A stretch of DNA of 64,000 nt from Cyclobacteriaceae bacterium. GTDB taxonomy: Bacteria; Bacteroidota; Bacteroidia; Cytophagales; Cyclobacteriaceae. The notes beneath the pieces are model-generated. The model was not told where the DNA came from. It searched no databases and saw only the letters and a list, made by a program, of their open reading frames with translations. The position numbers and the translations under genes are program-made. This document shows positions 10,255 to 18,586 of this stretch, one piece after another. Every line of letters starts with the position of its first letter. The first letter of the stretch is position 1. Where the stretch lies: assembly GCA_965228955.1 (NCBI GenBank), contig OZ245848.1:835879-899878 (forward strand). The letters run 5' to 3'.

Positions 10255-10410
10255 ATTATTAAATCCCACTTGCGATCCGTCATTCCTGACGAAGCGTAGC
10301 GTAGATCAGGAATCCCGATAACTTCTGCAGTCATGAATTTCGTGAGTGCTTTCCTTTTCGGGATTCCGGATATTTCTTTCATTTCATTGCAGAAATTCCG
10401 GAATGACGTT
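10255..10410. repeat. Family B structured repeat, copy 1 (about 140-155 bp, nested palindromes)
   Basis: About 85-90% identical by eye to 16765-16915. Termini are 'cgtcattcc...ggaatgacg'. Internal pairs are 'attcctga/tcaggaat' and 'ggaatcccga/tcgggattcc'. Confidence 0.75.
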
Positions 10411-10431
10411 ACATATTCTAACTTCCAACTT

Positions 10432-11043
10432 CTAACTTCCATCTTCAGTCTTCCCCGCTATCTCATTCCATGTTTTATATAACACGTCCTGCTTTTGGCG
10501 GAATTTTGGTATTTCTCTCAAAGGCTCCACTTCTTTCAAAGTTTCATGCAATTCCTGAGGAAGCTTTTGGTAGAGAGCTGTTCCTTTTGTTTTCCAATCG
10601 ATCATGTCATCACTCACTTGTTTGATGACTTTCGCTGGATTACCTACTACTAGACTTCTTTCAGGGATTTGCTCGCCTGCTTTTACAAATGCCAATGCAC
10701 CAACAATGGACTCCTTACCAATGGTAACATCATCCATGATCACAGCATTCATTCCAATCATTGCGTTTTCACCGATGTGAGCTCCATGAATTATAGCACC
10801 ATGACCAATGTGAGCACTTTTCTCAAGTCTCACAGTCACACCTGGAAACATATGAATCGTGCAGTTCTCCTGAACGTTACATCCATCAGCAATTTCAATT
10901 CCTCCCCAGTCGCCACGAATGGCTGCACCAGGTCCTACATACACATCCTTACCAATGATAACATTACCCGTTACCGCTGCTAAGGGATGTACGTAAGCAC
11001 TTTCGTGTACTACTGGTATAAAGCCTTTGTATTCGTAGATCAT
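10432..11043 (-). CDS. paaY: PaaY-like hexapeptide-repeat (gamma-carbonic-anhydrase fold) protein
   Basis: Left-handed beta-helix hexapeptide repeats ('GNVIIGKDVYVGPGAAIRGDWG', 'HGAIIHGAHIGENAMIGMNAVIMD') in a paa cluster context. Confidence 0.75.
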   Translation of the reverse strand: MIYEYKGFIPVVHESAYVHPLAAVTGNVIIGKDVYVGPGAAIRGDWGGIEIADGCNVQENCTIHMFPGVTVRLEKSAHIGHGAIIHGAHIGENAMIGMNAVIMDDVTIGKESIVGALAFVKAGEQIPERSLVVGNPAKVIKQVSDDMIDWKTKGTALYQKLPQELHETLKEVEPLREIPKFRQKQDVLYKTWNEIAGKTEDGS

Positions 11044-11118
11044 TTTTTAGCTTTTTGGCTTTTGGCTATTCAGCTGGTGGCCACTTTTAAAATCAACTCA
11101 AAACTCTAAATTCCAAAC
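11044..11118 (-). repeat. Word-repeat spacer between Uma2 and paaY (AGCCAAAA words, then ACTCAAAA/ACTCTAAA words)
   Basis: 'ttttttagctttttggcttttggctattcagc' followed by 'atcaactcaaaactctaaattccaaactcaaaac'. Confidence 0.5.
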
Positions 11119-11727
11119 TCAAAACACTTCTTTCAGATCTATCTCTAAACCGGGAAGTGTATGAACTTGTACCTTATCCTGATTCACATAAGTCTGTGGC
11201 AAGTTGTACTTACCTTCAGCCAATGTGAATACTTCAACGATTTCTTCTTTTGGGTAAATCACCCAATATTCTTTTACTCCATTCTCCTCGTATATCTCAC
11301 GTTTTATGGTGAGGTCTTTCTTCGCGGTGGAAGGAGATAAAATTTCTACAATCAAATCAGGCGCTCCAACACACCCTTTTTCATCAAGCTTGTCTTGATT
11401 GCAGATTACCATAATGTCTGGTTGAACCACAGTATAGATTTTATCATCTGGATCACCCTTTTTGTTTGGTAGTCTTACATCAAAAGGAGCATAATATGCT
11501 TTACATGATTTTCCTTTCACATAATCATATATAGTACTTGATAGGGATATCGCAATTCCCTGATGCTTCCTGGTTGGAGCAGGAGACATATCGAATATCT
11601 TCCCTTTAATCAACTCTACCCTTTCATCAAAAGTCCACTTTAAGTAGTCCGCATAGCTATAAGGTACCGTCGGCTCTTCTGTCAACAATTCCTCCAAAGT
11701 TTTTTCTTCTTGTTTGTATTCGCTCAT
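11119..11727 (-). CDS. Uma2 (DUF820) family PD-(D/E)xK endonuclease-like protein
   Basis: Characteristic 'APDLIVEILSPSTAKKDLTIKREIYEENGVKEYWVIYP' core. Confidence 0.75.
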   Translation of the reverse strand: MSEYKQEEKTLEELLTEEPTVPYSYADYLKWTFDERVELIKGKIFDMSPAPTRKHQGIAISLSSTIYDYVKGKSCKAYYAPFDVRLPNKKGDPDDKIYTVVQPDIMVICNQDKLDEKGCVGAPDLIVEILSPSTAKKDLTIKREIYEENGVKEYWVIYPKEEIVEVFTLAEGKYNLPQTYVNQDKVQVHTLPGLEIDLKEVF

Positions 11728-11770
11728 GCTATAAAACTACTTTCTAGGGATGTTTTATTATTGGATTTAA

Positions 11771-11930
11771 GAAGTTGGAAGTCGGAAGACCGGAGACCGA
11801 AGTTTTGTTTTTCCTTCAGTTTCAATTTCCTGCTATCCATTTTCTTAATTTTTAAATTAATTGTTCAGCTTCTGACTCCTATATCAATTTCTATTTACTT
11901 CGGTCTTCCGGCTCCCGTCTTCGGTCTTAC
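11771..11930. repeat. Family A element, copy A1 (GA-word arm + conserved core + complementary CT-word arm)
   Basis: The arm 'gaagttggaagtcggaagaccggagaccgaagtttt' (11771-11806) faces 'acttcggtcttccggctcccgtcttcggtcttac' (11897-11930). The core contains 'cttcag...ctatccatt'. Confidence 0.8.
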
Positions 11931-12694
11931 TTATACTTCTCCAATTCCTTCTTCGTATACTCCGACAAAACAAGCTTACCACTCATTCCTGCTCTTTCAT
12001 CGAGTAATTGGTCCCAGTTTTCGCATCCTTCCCAAAGAATATCTTTGATCAGTTTTCTTGCTTCTGGGTTCGTGTTAACAAGCTTTTCTGCTAACTCAGT
12101 GATTGCAGTATCCATTTCTTCCGCTGAATCGCTTAAGTGGTAATAAAGCCCTTTTTCCTTTGCCCACTCAGCAGTTTGGAATTCACTTGCGTTGATTGTT
12201 AGTTGAGAAAATGCTGAAAGTCCAACTTTTCTTTGAACTGCAGGTCCAACTACAAATGGTCCAATTCCAACCTGTAATTCACTTAACTTGACAGAAGCGA
12301 ATTTTGTGGCAAAGCAATAATCTACTGCAGAAGCAACACCAACACCACCACCCACAGCTTTTCCTTGTACTCTTCCTATGATGATTTTTGGACATTTTCT
12401 GCAGGCATTGATCACATTAGCAAAACCTGAGAAGAATTTCTTTCCGGTTTCATAATCATCTATTGTGATCAATTCAGTGAAGCTTGCTCCGGCGCAGAAT
12501 GTTCTTTCTCCACCACTTTTCAAAATAATCACTTCAACCATTGGATCATTACCAGCTTCGGTAATGGTTTGAGCTAGTTTTGCTAGCACACCACTTGGTA
12601 GCGAATTGTGTGAAGGATGGAAAAAGGTGATTGTTCCAATTCCTCCTTTTCTTTCCAGGCTTACATAAGCCTCTTGTTCCTTAACTTCAGCCAT
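11927..12694 (-). CDS. Enoyl-CoA hydratase/isomerase (crotonase) family protein, PaaF-like candidate
   Basis: Crotonase fold motifs ('FCAGASF', 'GRVQGKAVGGGVGVASAVD'). It overlaps the paaZ stop by 8 nt. Confidence 0.8.
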   Translation of the reverse strand: MAEVKEQEAYVSLERKGGIGTITFFHPSHNSLPSGVLAKLAQTITEAGNDPMVEVIILKSGGERTFCAGASFTELITIDDYETGKKFFSGFANVINACRKCPKIIIGRVQGKAVGGGVGVASAVDYCFATKFASVKLSELQVGIGPFVVGPAVQRKVGLSAFSQLTINASEFQTAEWAKEKGLYYHLSDSAEEMDTAITELAEKLVNTNPEARKLIKDILWEGCENWDQLLDERAGMSGKLVLSEYTKKELEKYK

Positions 12695-15200
12695 TTATAT
12701 CTTCTTCTTTAATCAGGTTAAATGCGTCAAAATGATGATGGATGTGCTTTCTGTGCATCAAATCCCAGTGTTCTTTATCCAGAGGACCAAATACTGAATT
12801 GTTGTGAATCGCATCTGGGTTTTCTTTGTAGTACTGTTGGAATTCATCATATGCTACCAGGAATGCCTCTTTTGCTTCCTTCAAACTTCCAAATCTTAAA
12901 TCTTCAGTAGTATCCTTTTTTAGATCTGGATGAGGATATGTTTCTGGCATGTGATAGTAGTTCCAAAGTGAATCCTGGTACTTTTCAAGTTTCTCTTCTG
13001 GTGTTACAACATTAGTTTGATACTTACCAACAGCCATGTGCATTGACCATTCCAAATGCTCAACCATATGCTGAGGTCCCATCATTCCCCATTTATTTTT
13101 GGAATCATCAGTTAGTCTTCCTAGTAGTTTTTCAATGTTCTTTCTGTTGAATTCTACAAATGGAGATTTCTTTTGAACCAATGTCAGGATTGTTCCCATT
13201 GCTGCCAGTTCTTCCTCCTGATCGTAAACTTCGACGAACCATTTCACAACTCCTGAAGGATGTTCTTTTCCTCTGCTATCTCTTTCAACTTTTTCCTTAC
13301 ATGTTAATCTTACCTGAATGGTGTCATTGTGGTAGATTGGTTTCAGGAATCTGATTTCATCAAGTCCATAGTTTGCCGATACCGGGCCTTTGTTAGGGTA
13401 AACAAAAAGTCCAGCTGCAGCTGCTAATATGAAGTATCCATGTGCAGCTCTTTTTTCAAATATTGTTCCCTGAAGAGATGTAATATCTGTATGAGCGTAG
13501 AAATGATCCCAAGTGAGGTTTGCGAAATTGATGATGTCAGAATCCGTTACTGTTCTCTTATGCGTCAGTAGAGACATTCCTGGTTGGATGTCTTCAAAAT
13601 GATATGAGAAAGGATGATTTGGTGATTCTGTATAGTCAGCTCCTTGTTGGAATATTCCGGTAACTGCTGTGATGGTGCTTGGTGTTCCCTGGATAGCACA
13701 TCTTTGTAGATAGTGCTCAACACCTCGCATTCCACCCATTTCTTCACCGCCTCCAGCTCTACCCGGACCACCGTGAACAAGTGTAGGAAGAGGAGAACCG
13801 TGACCTGTACTAAGTTTTGCGTTTTCTCTATCTAATACTAAAATTCTACCATGATGACTTGCAGCACCAACTACAAAGTCTCTGGCGATTTTCTTATCAA
13901 AAGTGGAGATTGAACAGCATAATGAGCCTTTACCCATTTTAGCTAATTCAATAGCATCATGCATGTCTTTGTAAGGTACAATTGTACTTACAGGACCGAA
14001 TGCCTCTACTTCGTGAACTGCTTTATTCTTATGAGGATCTTTTTCCAATAATAGAATTGGGCTTAAGAATGCTCCCTTTTCAGAGTCAGCATCCATTACA
14101 TCAACCTTATCAAGATTTCCGTAAACGATCTCAGCAGTAGCTGCTAATTCTTTTACTCTGTCTCTAACTTCCTGTACCTGATCCATACTTGCCAAGGCAC
14201 CCATTCGGACTTCTTTACTTTCAGGATTTCCAATTACTGTTCTTTCTAAAGACTTGCCTAAAGCAATTTGAACATCTTCAATCAGGTTCTCAGGAACAAT
14301 AATTCTTCTGATAGCAGTACATTTCTGACCACATTTGACAGTCATTTCTTTCTTGACTTCCTTTATGAAAAGATCAAACTCAGGAGTTCCAGGAACTGCA
14401 TCTTCGCCGAGAACTGAACAGTTTAATGAGTCAGCTTCCATATTGAATGGAACAGCTTCATCAATGATTCTTGGGTTACTTTTAAGCATTCTACCAGTGG
14501 TGGCAGAACCGGTAAAGGTTACCACGTCTTGAGACTCAACTGTATCGAGAATGTTTCTAGCAGAACCGCAGATCAATTGAAGTGCTCCCTCTGGTAGAAT
14601 TCCTGATGCTATGATTTCTCTAACAACCGCTTCAGTAAGGTAGGAGGTAGCTGTTGCTGGTTTTACTACAGCAGGAACTCCAGCCATCCAGTTAACAGCA
14701 CATTTTTCAAGCATTCCCCAAACCGGGAAGTTAAATGCGTTTATATGGATTGCAACACCTTCTTTAGGAACCATGATATGATGCCCCATGAACTTTCCAC
14801 CTCTTGATAGGTCGATTGGAGCTCCATCTACATGGAAAGATTGATTTGGGAATAATTTTCTTAATGAAGCGTTGGCAAACAGATTACCAAATCCTCCTTC
14901 TATATCGATCCAGCTATCAACTTTAGTAGCACCTGTTTGATAACTGATTTTGTAGAAATGATCTTTCTTTCTTACCAGGTACAAAGCAAGCTTTTTAAGC
15001 ATATTACCTCTTTCCTGGAATGTCATTTTTCTCAATGCCGGACCACCTACGTTTCTACCGTAGTTTAGGATTTCACCAAAATCTAGTCCGGTAGTGGAGG
15101 CATGGTGTATCACCTCTCCATTAACAGCATTGTAAATAGGCTGGCCATCACCTGTGCCATTTACCCATTCTCCGCTTACGTAATTTCCTAATTTGTTCAT
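12687..15200 (-). CDS. paaZ: PaaZ: bifunctional aldehyde dehydrogenase / MaoC-hotdog oxepin-CoA hydrolase with an extra ~150-aa C-terminal DinB/DUF1569-like extension
   Basis: N-terminus 'MNKLGNYVSGEWVNGTG' and an ALDH fold. The hotdog segment is 'DIINFANLTWDHFYAHTD...GYFILAAAAG'. The C-terminal tail carries 'FGPLDKEHWDLMHRKHIHHHFDAF'. Confidence 0.88.
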   Translation of the reverse strand: MNKLGNYVSGEWVNGTGDGQPIYNAVNGEVIHHASTTGLDFGEILNYGRNVGGPALRKMTFQERGNMLKKLALYLVRKKDHFYKISYQTGATKVDSWIDIEGGFGNLFANASLRKLFPNQSFHVDGAPIDLSRGGKFMGHHIMVPKEGVAIHINAFNFPVWGMLEKCAVNWMAGVPAVVKPATATSYLTEAVVREIIASGILPEGALQLICGSARNILDTVESQDVVTFTGSATTGRMLKSNPRIIDEAVPFNMEADSLNCSVLGEDAVPGTPEFDLFIKEVKKEMTVKCGQKCTAIRRIIVPENLIEDVQIALGKSLERTVIGNPESKEVRMGALASMDQVQEVRDRVKELAATAEIVYGNLDKVDVMDADSEKGAFLSPILLLEKDPHKNKAVHEVEAFGPVSTIVPYKDMHDAIELAKMGKGSLCCSISTFDKKIARDFVVGAASHHGRILVLDRENAKLSTGHGSPLPTLVHGGPGRAGGGEEMGGMRGVEHYLQRCAIQGTPSTITAVTGIFQQGADYTESPNHPFSYHFEDIQPGMSLLTHKRTVTDSDIINFANLTWDHFYAHTDITSLQGTIFEKRAAHGYFILAAAAGLFVYPNKGPVSANYGLDEIRFLKPIYHNDTIQVRLTCKEKVERDSRGKEHPSGVVKWFVEVYDQEEELAAMGTILTLVQKKSPFVEFNRKNIEKLLGRLTDDSKNKWGMMGPQHMVEHLEWSMHMAVGKYQTNVVTPEEKLEKYQDSLWNYYHMPETYPHPDLKKDTTEDLRFGSLKEAKEAFLVAYDEFQQYYKENPDAIHNNSVFGPLDKEHWDLMHRKHIHHHFDAFNLIKEEDING

Positions 15201-15227
15201 TTTCAGGTCGTTTATTGCCCGTAGGGC

Positions 15228-15471
15228 AAGTTGGAAGTCGGAAGACCGAAGACGGAAGTGTTATTAGTGCTTCCAGGTTCGATCTTTCAATCCATTTATG
15301 TTTTGTAGACGGAAGTCGGAAGACCGGAGACCGAAGTTTCGATAATGCTTCGATATCCAATTCTGACTATCCATTTACTATTTATCTTTAATTTTCTAGT
15401 TACTCAAATACTATTAACTACAATCTAGCCTTCCATACTTCGGTCTCCCGTCTCTGGTCTTCCGACTTCTA
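15228..15471. repeat. Family A element, copy A2 (duplicated GA arm and core, single CT arm)
   Basis: GA arms at 15228-15260 and 15306-15340. The cores carry 'gcttc...tccattt'. The CT arm 'acttcggtctcccgtctctggtcttccgacttcta' lies at 15437-15471 and includes the thiolase stop codon. Confidence 0.8.
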
Positions 15472-16677
15472 CGCTTTCTCAATCACAGCTGCATAACCCT
15501 GACCAACACCCACACACATTGTTACTAATGCATATTTCTTATCGGTCAAGCTTAATTCAAGGGCAGCACTGTACATAATTCTTGCACCTGTCATTCCTAG
15601 CGGGTGGCCAATTGCTATTGCTCCACCGTTAGGATTTATTCTTGGATCATCATCTGATAATCCCCACTCTCTGATGCAAGCAAGACTTTGAGCAGCAAAT
15701 GCTTCGTTTAGCTCAATTACGTCCATGTCTTCCATTTTCAAGCCAGCTCTTTCGAGAGCTTTATTGGAAGCTCCAACAGGTCCTATTCCCATTATTCTTG
15801 GTTCAACTCCTACTACTGCTGAGCTTACAATTCTTGCTAATGGCTTAAGATCATATTTTGAAACCGCATCAGATGAAGCTACGATTGTTGCTGCTGCGCC
15901 ATCGTTAAGTCCACTGGAATTTCCTGCTGTTACAGTTCCACCTTCTTTTCTGAATGCTGCTCTTAGTTTTGAAAGTCCATCTTCAGTTGTATGAGGTTTA
16001 ATAAACTCATCATGATTGAAAATGATCGGGTCCGCTTTTCTTTGAGGAATTTGAACTGGAACAATCTCTTTAGCTAATCTCCCTTCATGGTCTGCATTTC
16101 CAGCTTTTTGCTGAGATCTCAATGCAAAATGATCTTGGTCTGCTCTGCTAATTTTGTATCGTTCAACAAGGTTTTCTGCAGTCTCGCCCATGCTTTCAGT
16201 GCCATAAAGCTCGTGCATTCTCTTATTCACAAATCTCCACCCAAAACTGGAATCAAACATCTGAGAATCCTGGCCAAATGGGCTTGAAGCTTTTGAGATC
16301 ACCCAAGGGCCTCTTGTCATATTTTCAACTCCTCCGGCGATGAATAAATCACCATCTCCAGCTTTGATAGCTCTGTTGGCCTGGATGATTGCTGAAAGTC
16401 CTGAAGAACATAATCTGTTTACTGTTTCTCCTGGAACAGAAAATGGAAGTCCAGCAAGTAGGGAAGACATTCGGGCAACATTTCTGTTATCTTCACCAGC
16501 CTGATTAGCACAGCCCATGATTACATCTTCATAAGCTTCCATTGGAATATTTTTATTCCTGCTTACTAATTCTTTGATTACCAATGCTCCTAAATCGTCA
16601 GTTCGCACAGCACCTAAAGTGCCTTTGAATTTTCCGATTGGAGTACGTATGCCGTCAATTATGAATGCGTCTTTCAT
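15469..16677 (-). CDS. paaJ: 3-oxoadipyl-CoA / acetyl-CoA C-acyltransferase (thiolase)
   Basis: Thiolase motifs 'NRLCSSGLSAI', 'GNSSGLNDGAAA', 'NGGAIAIGHPLG', 'CVGVGQG'. Confidence 0.9.
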   Translation of the reverse strand: MKDAFIIDGIRTPIGKFKGTLGAVRTDDLGALVIKELVSRNKNIPMEAYEDVIMGCANQAGEDNRNVARMSSLLAGLPFSVPGETVNRLCSSGLSAIIQANRAIKAGDGDLFIAGGVENMTRGPWVISKASSPFGQDSQMFDSSFGWRFVNKRMHELYGTESMGETAENLVERYKISRADQDHFALRSQQKAGNADHEGRLAKEIVPVQIPQRKADPIIFNHDEFIKPHTTEDGLSKLRAAFRKEGGTVTAGNSSGLNDGAAATIVASSDAVSKYDLKPLARIVSSAVVGVEPRIMGIGPVGASNKALERAGLKMEDMDVIELNEAFAAQSLACIREWGLSDDDPRINPNGGAIAIGHPLGMTGARIMYSAALELSLTDKKYALVTMCVGVGQGYAAVIEKA

Positions 16678-16686
16678 ATGTTTTCT

Positions 16687-16990
16687 TAGTTGGAAGTCGG
16701 AAGACCGGAGACCGAAGTTTTGTGTTGCTTCAGTAATCGGTTCTAACTGTCCATTGATTTTTTATTCTATTAAATTGCGATACGTCATTCCTGACGAAGC
16801 GAAGCGTAGATCAGGGATCCCAATAACTTTTGCAATCCTTGAAATCGTGAGTACTTCACTTATCGGGATTCCGGATATTTCTTCCATTTCATTACAGAAA
16901 TTCCGGAATGACGTCATCTATTATTATTTAAGTCATCTAATTTTTAACCTCCAACTTCTAACCTCCAACTTCTAACTTCCAGCTTCTATT
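16687..16990. repeat. Family A element, copy A3, carrying a nested family B element
   Basis: GA arm 'tagttggaagtcggaagaccggagaccgaagttttgtg' (16687-16724) and core 'gcttcag...ctgtccatt'. Family B sits at 16765-16915. The CT-word arm 'aacctccaacttctaacctccaacttctaacttccagcttct' lies at 16946-16987. Confidence 0.75.
16765..16915. repeat. Family B structured repeat, copy 2
   Basis: Aligns base for base with 10255-10410, apart from a short indel near the 5' edge and about 15-20 substitutions concentrated in the central loop. Confidence 0.75.
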
Positions 16991-16991
16991 C

Positions 16992-17402
16992 TCAAATTTC
17001 ACTCGATGTTCTATAAACAGTACCTCTAAAAAGCCCTACTACCTCACCGCTACTCTCATTGCTCACTTCTACATCGTAGGTTCCGCTTTTGTTTCCTTTT
17101 ACTAGTTCGTTTGCTTTAGCTATCAGGATATCTCCTTCTTTTGCTTGTTTTGAGTAGGTCATACTTCCATTCATTGAAACACTTAGTCTACCATATGAAT
17201 TTGAAGCAAATGCAAAGGCGCTATCTGCAAACGCAAATGATACTCCTCCATGAAGTATCCCAAAACCATTGAGCATCTCTTTTCTAACAGTCATTTTCAA
17301 AGTGCAGTTTCCTTCAGAGATAGAGATTAGTTCTACACCCATCCATTGGCTGTAGTAATCCTTGTCCATCATTCGGTCATACACTTCTTTTGGACTGCTC
17401 AT
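16992..17402 (-). CDS. paaI: PaaI-type hotdog-fold acyl-CoA thioesterase
   Basis: 136 aa with 'GILHGGVSFAFADSAFAFA'. It has a 4-nt overlap with the upstream dehydrogenase gene. Confidence 0.85.
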   Translation of the reverse strand: MSSPKEVYDRMMDKDYYSQWMGVELISISEGNCTLKMTVRKEMLNGFGILHGGVSFAFADSAFAFASNSYGRLSVSMNGSMTYSKQAKEGDILIAKANELVKGNKSGTYDVEVSNESSGEVVGLFRGTVYRTSSEI

Positions 17403-18586
17403 GAATTTACTGATTCTTCCTGATAAAAATTAGAATGCTCTGTTACCATATCTCTAAGTAATGGACTGCATCTGTATCGCTCTTCGTGATATCTATTGAA
17501 TAGATTATCCAAAAGAGAAACACATCTGTCAATTCCAATCTCATCTGCCCATTTTAAAAGACCCTTAGGATAATTAACTCCAGTTGTCATGGCAGTGTCG
17601 ATATCATCTCTGCTGGCAATTCCAAAATGCAATGCATCAGCAGCTTCATTGATTAACATAGCCACGATTCTGTCAACAATCATATGCCCATGCATCTCAT
17701 CAGAGTCTGGTTCTGGTTTTTGTGAACCTTCACTGTAATCGTAATAACCTTTGCCAGTTTTCCTTCCGAGAAGTCCGGCTTCCATCATTCTTTTCTGAGT
17801 AAACGATGGTCTATATCTTGGGTCACCGAAGAATGCATTGAATACCGTTTCCGTTACGGTGTAGTTTATATCGTTTCCAATGAAATCCATCAACTCAAAA
17901 GGTCCCATACGAAATCCTCCGATTTCTTTCATGGCCCAGTCGATTGTTGGCATATCGGCAATTCCCTCATCATAAATTCTAAGGGCTTCACCATAAAATG
18001 GTCTCGCCACTCGGTTTACAATGAACCCAGGAGTGTCTTTTGCAAGGACTGTCAACTTACCCCAGCTATCGATGATAGACTTGGCTTTTTGTGTTGTTCC
18101 TTCAGATGTTTGAATTCCTGGAATAATTTCAGCCAGTTTCATCAAAGGAACTGGATTGAAAAAATGGATACCTATAAATCGTTCTGGAGCACTCACAGCG
18201 GAAGCTAAAGATGCAATCGAGAGGGATGAAGTGTTTGAAGCAATAATGCATTCTTTACTTACATTTCTATCTAACTCCTCAAAAACAGTTCTTTTGATTT
18301 CTGGATTCTCAACAATTGCTTCGATAACAAGGCTGCAATCAGCCAGACCTTTAATTTCTGAAGCGTAAGTAATGTTATTGAGAATGTCAGATTGCTTTGA
18401 GCTATCTATTTTTCCTTTTTCTACTAATCTATTAAGTATTTTTTGGAGTTTGGATTTGCTATCTTCAATGGCTGCAGTATTGTTATCATAAACAACAACT
18501 TGCCAACCAGCAGTAGCAGCAATTTGGGCAATTCCTCGTCCCATTGTACCTGATCCAATTACACCAGCTATATTGTGATTGCTCAT
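17399..18586 (-). CDS. paaH: 3-hydroxyacyl-CoA (3-hydroxyadipyl-CoA) dehydrogenase
   Basis: Rossmann motif 'GVIGSGTMGRGIAQ' and 3HCDH N- and C-terminal domains. Confidence 0.85.
   Translation of the reverse strand: MSNHNIAGVIGSGTMGRGIAQIAATAGWQVVVYDNNTAAIEDSKSKLQKILNRLVEKGKIDSSKQSDILNNITYASEIKGLADCSLVIEAIVENPEIKRTVFEELDRNVSKECIIASNTSSLSIASLASAVSAPERFIGIHFFNPVPLMKLAEIIPGIQTSEGTTQKAKSIIDSWGKLTVLAKDTPGFIVNRVARPFYGEALRIYDEGIADMPTIDWAMKEIGGFRMGPFELMDFIGNDINYTVTETVFNAFFGDPRYRPSFTQKRMMEAGLLGRKTGKGYYDYSEGSQKPEPDSDEMHGHMIVDRIVAMLINEAADALHFGIASRDDIDTAMTTGVNYPKGLLKWADEIGIDRCVSLLDNLFNRYHEERYRCSPLLRDMVTEHSNFYQEESVNS

Noticed and set aside
10248-10442. A 64-aa ORF, with similar ORFs at 1489..1704, 11710..12048, 15148..15360 and 16574..16975 that carry peptides such as 'WKSEDRRPKF'.
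   Set aside because: They are read-throughs of the family A/B repeat DNA. They lie entirely in intergenic repeats, their similarity is at the nucleotide level, and they have no start context.
15210-15229. The hairpin 'ttgccc gta gggcaa' just upstream of the paaZ start, considered as a terminator.
   Set aside because: The stem is only 6 bp and no U-run follows on the coding strand. It is more likely part of the family A flank or a minor structural feature.
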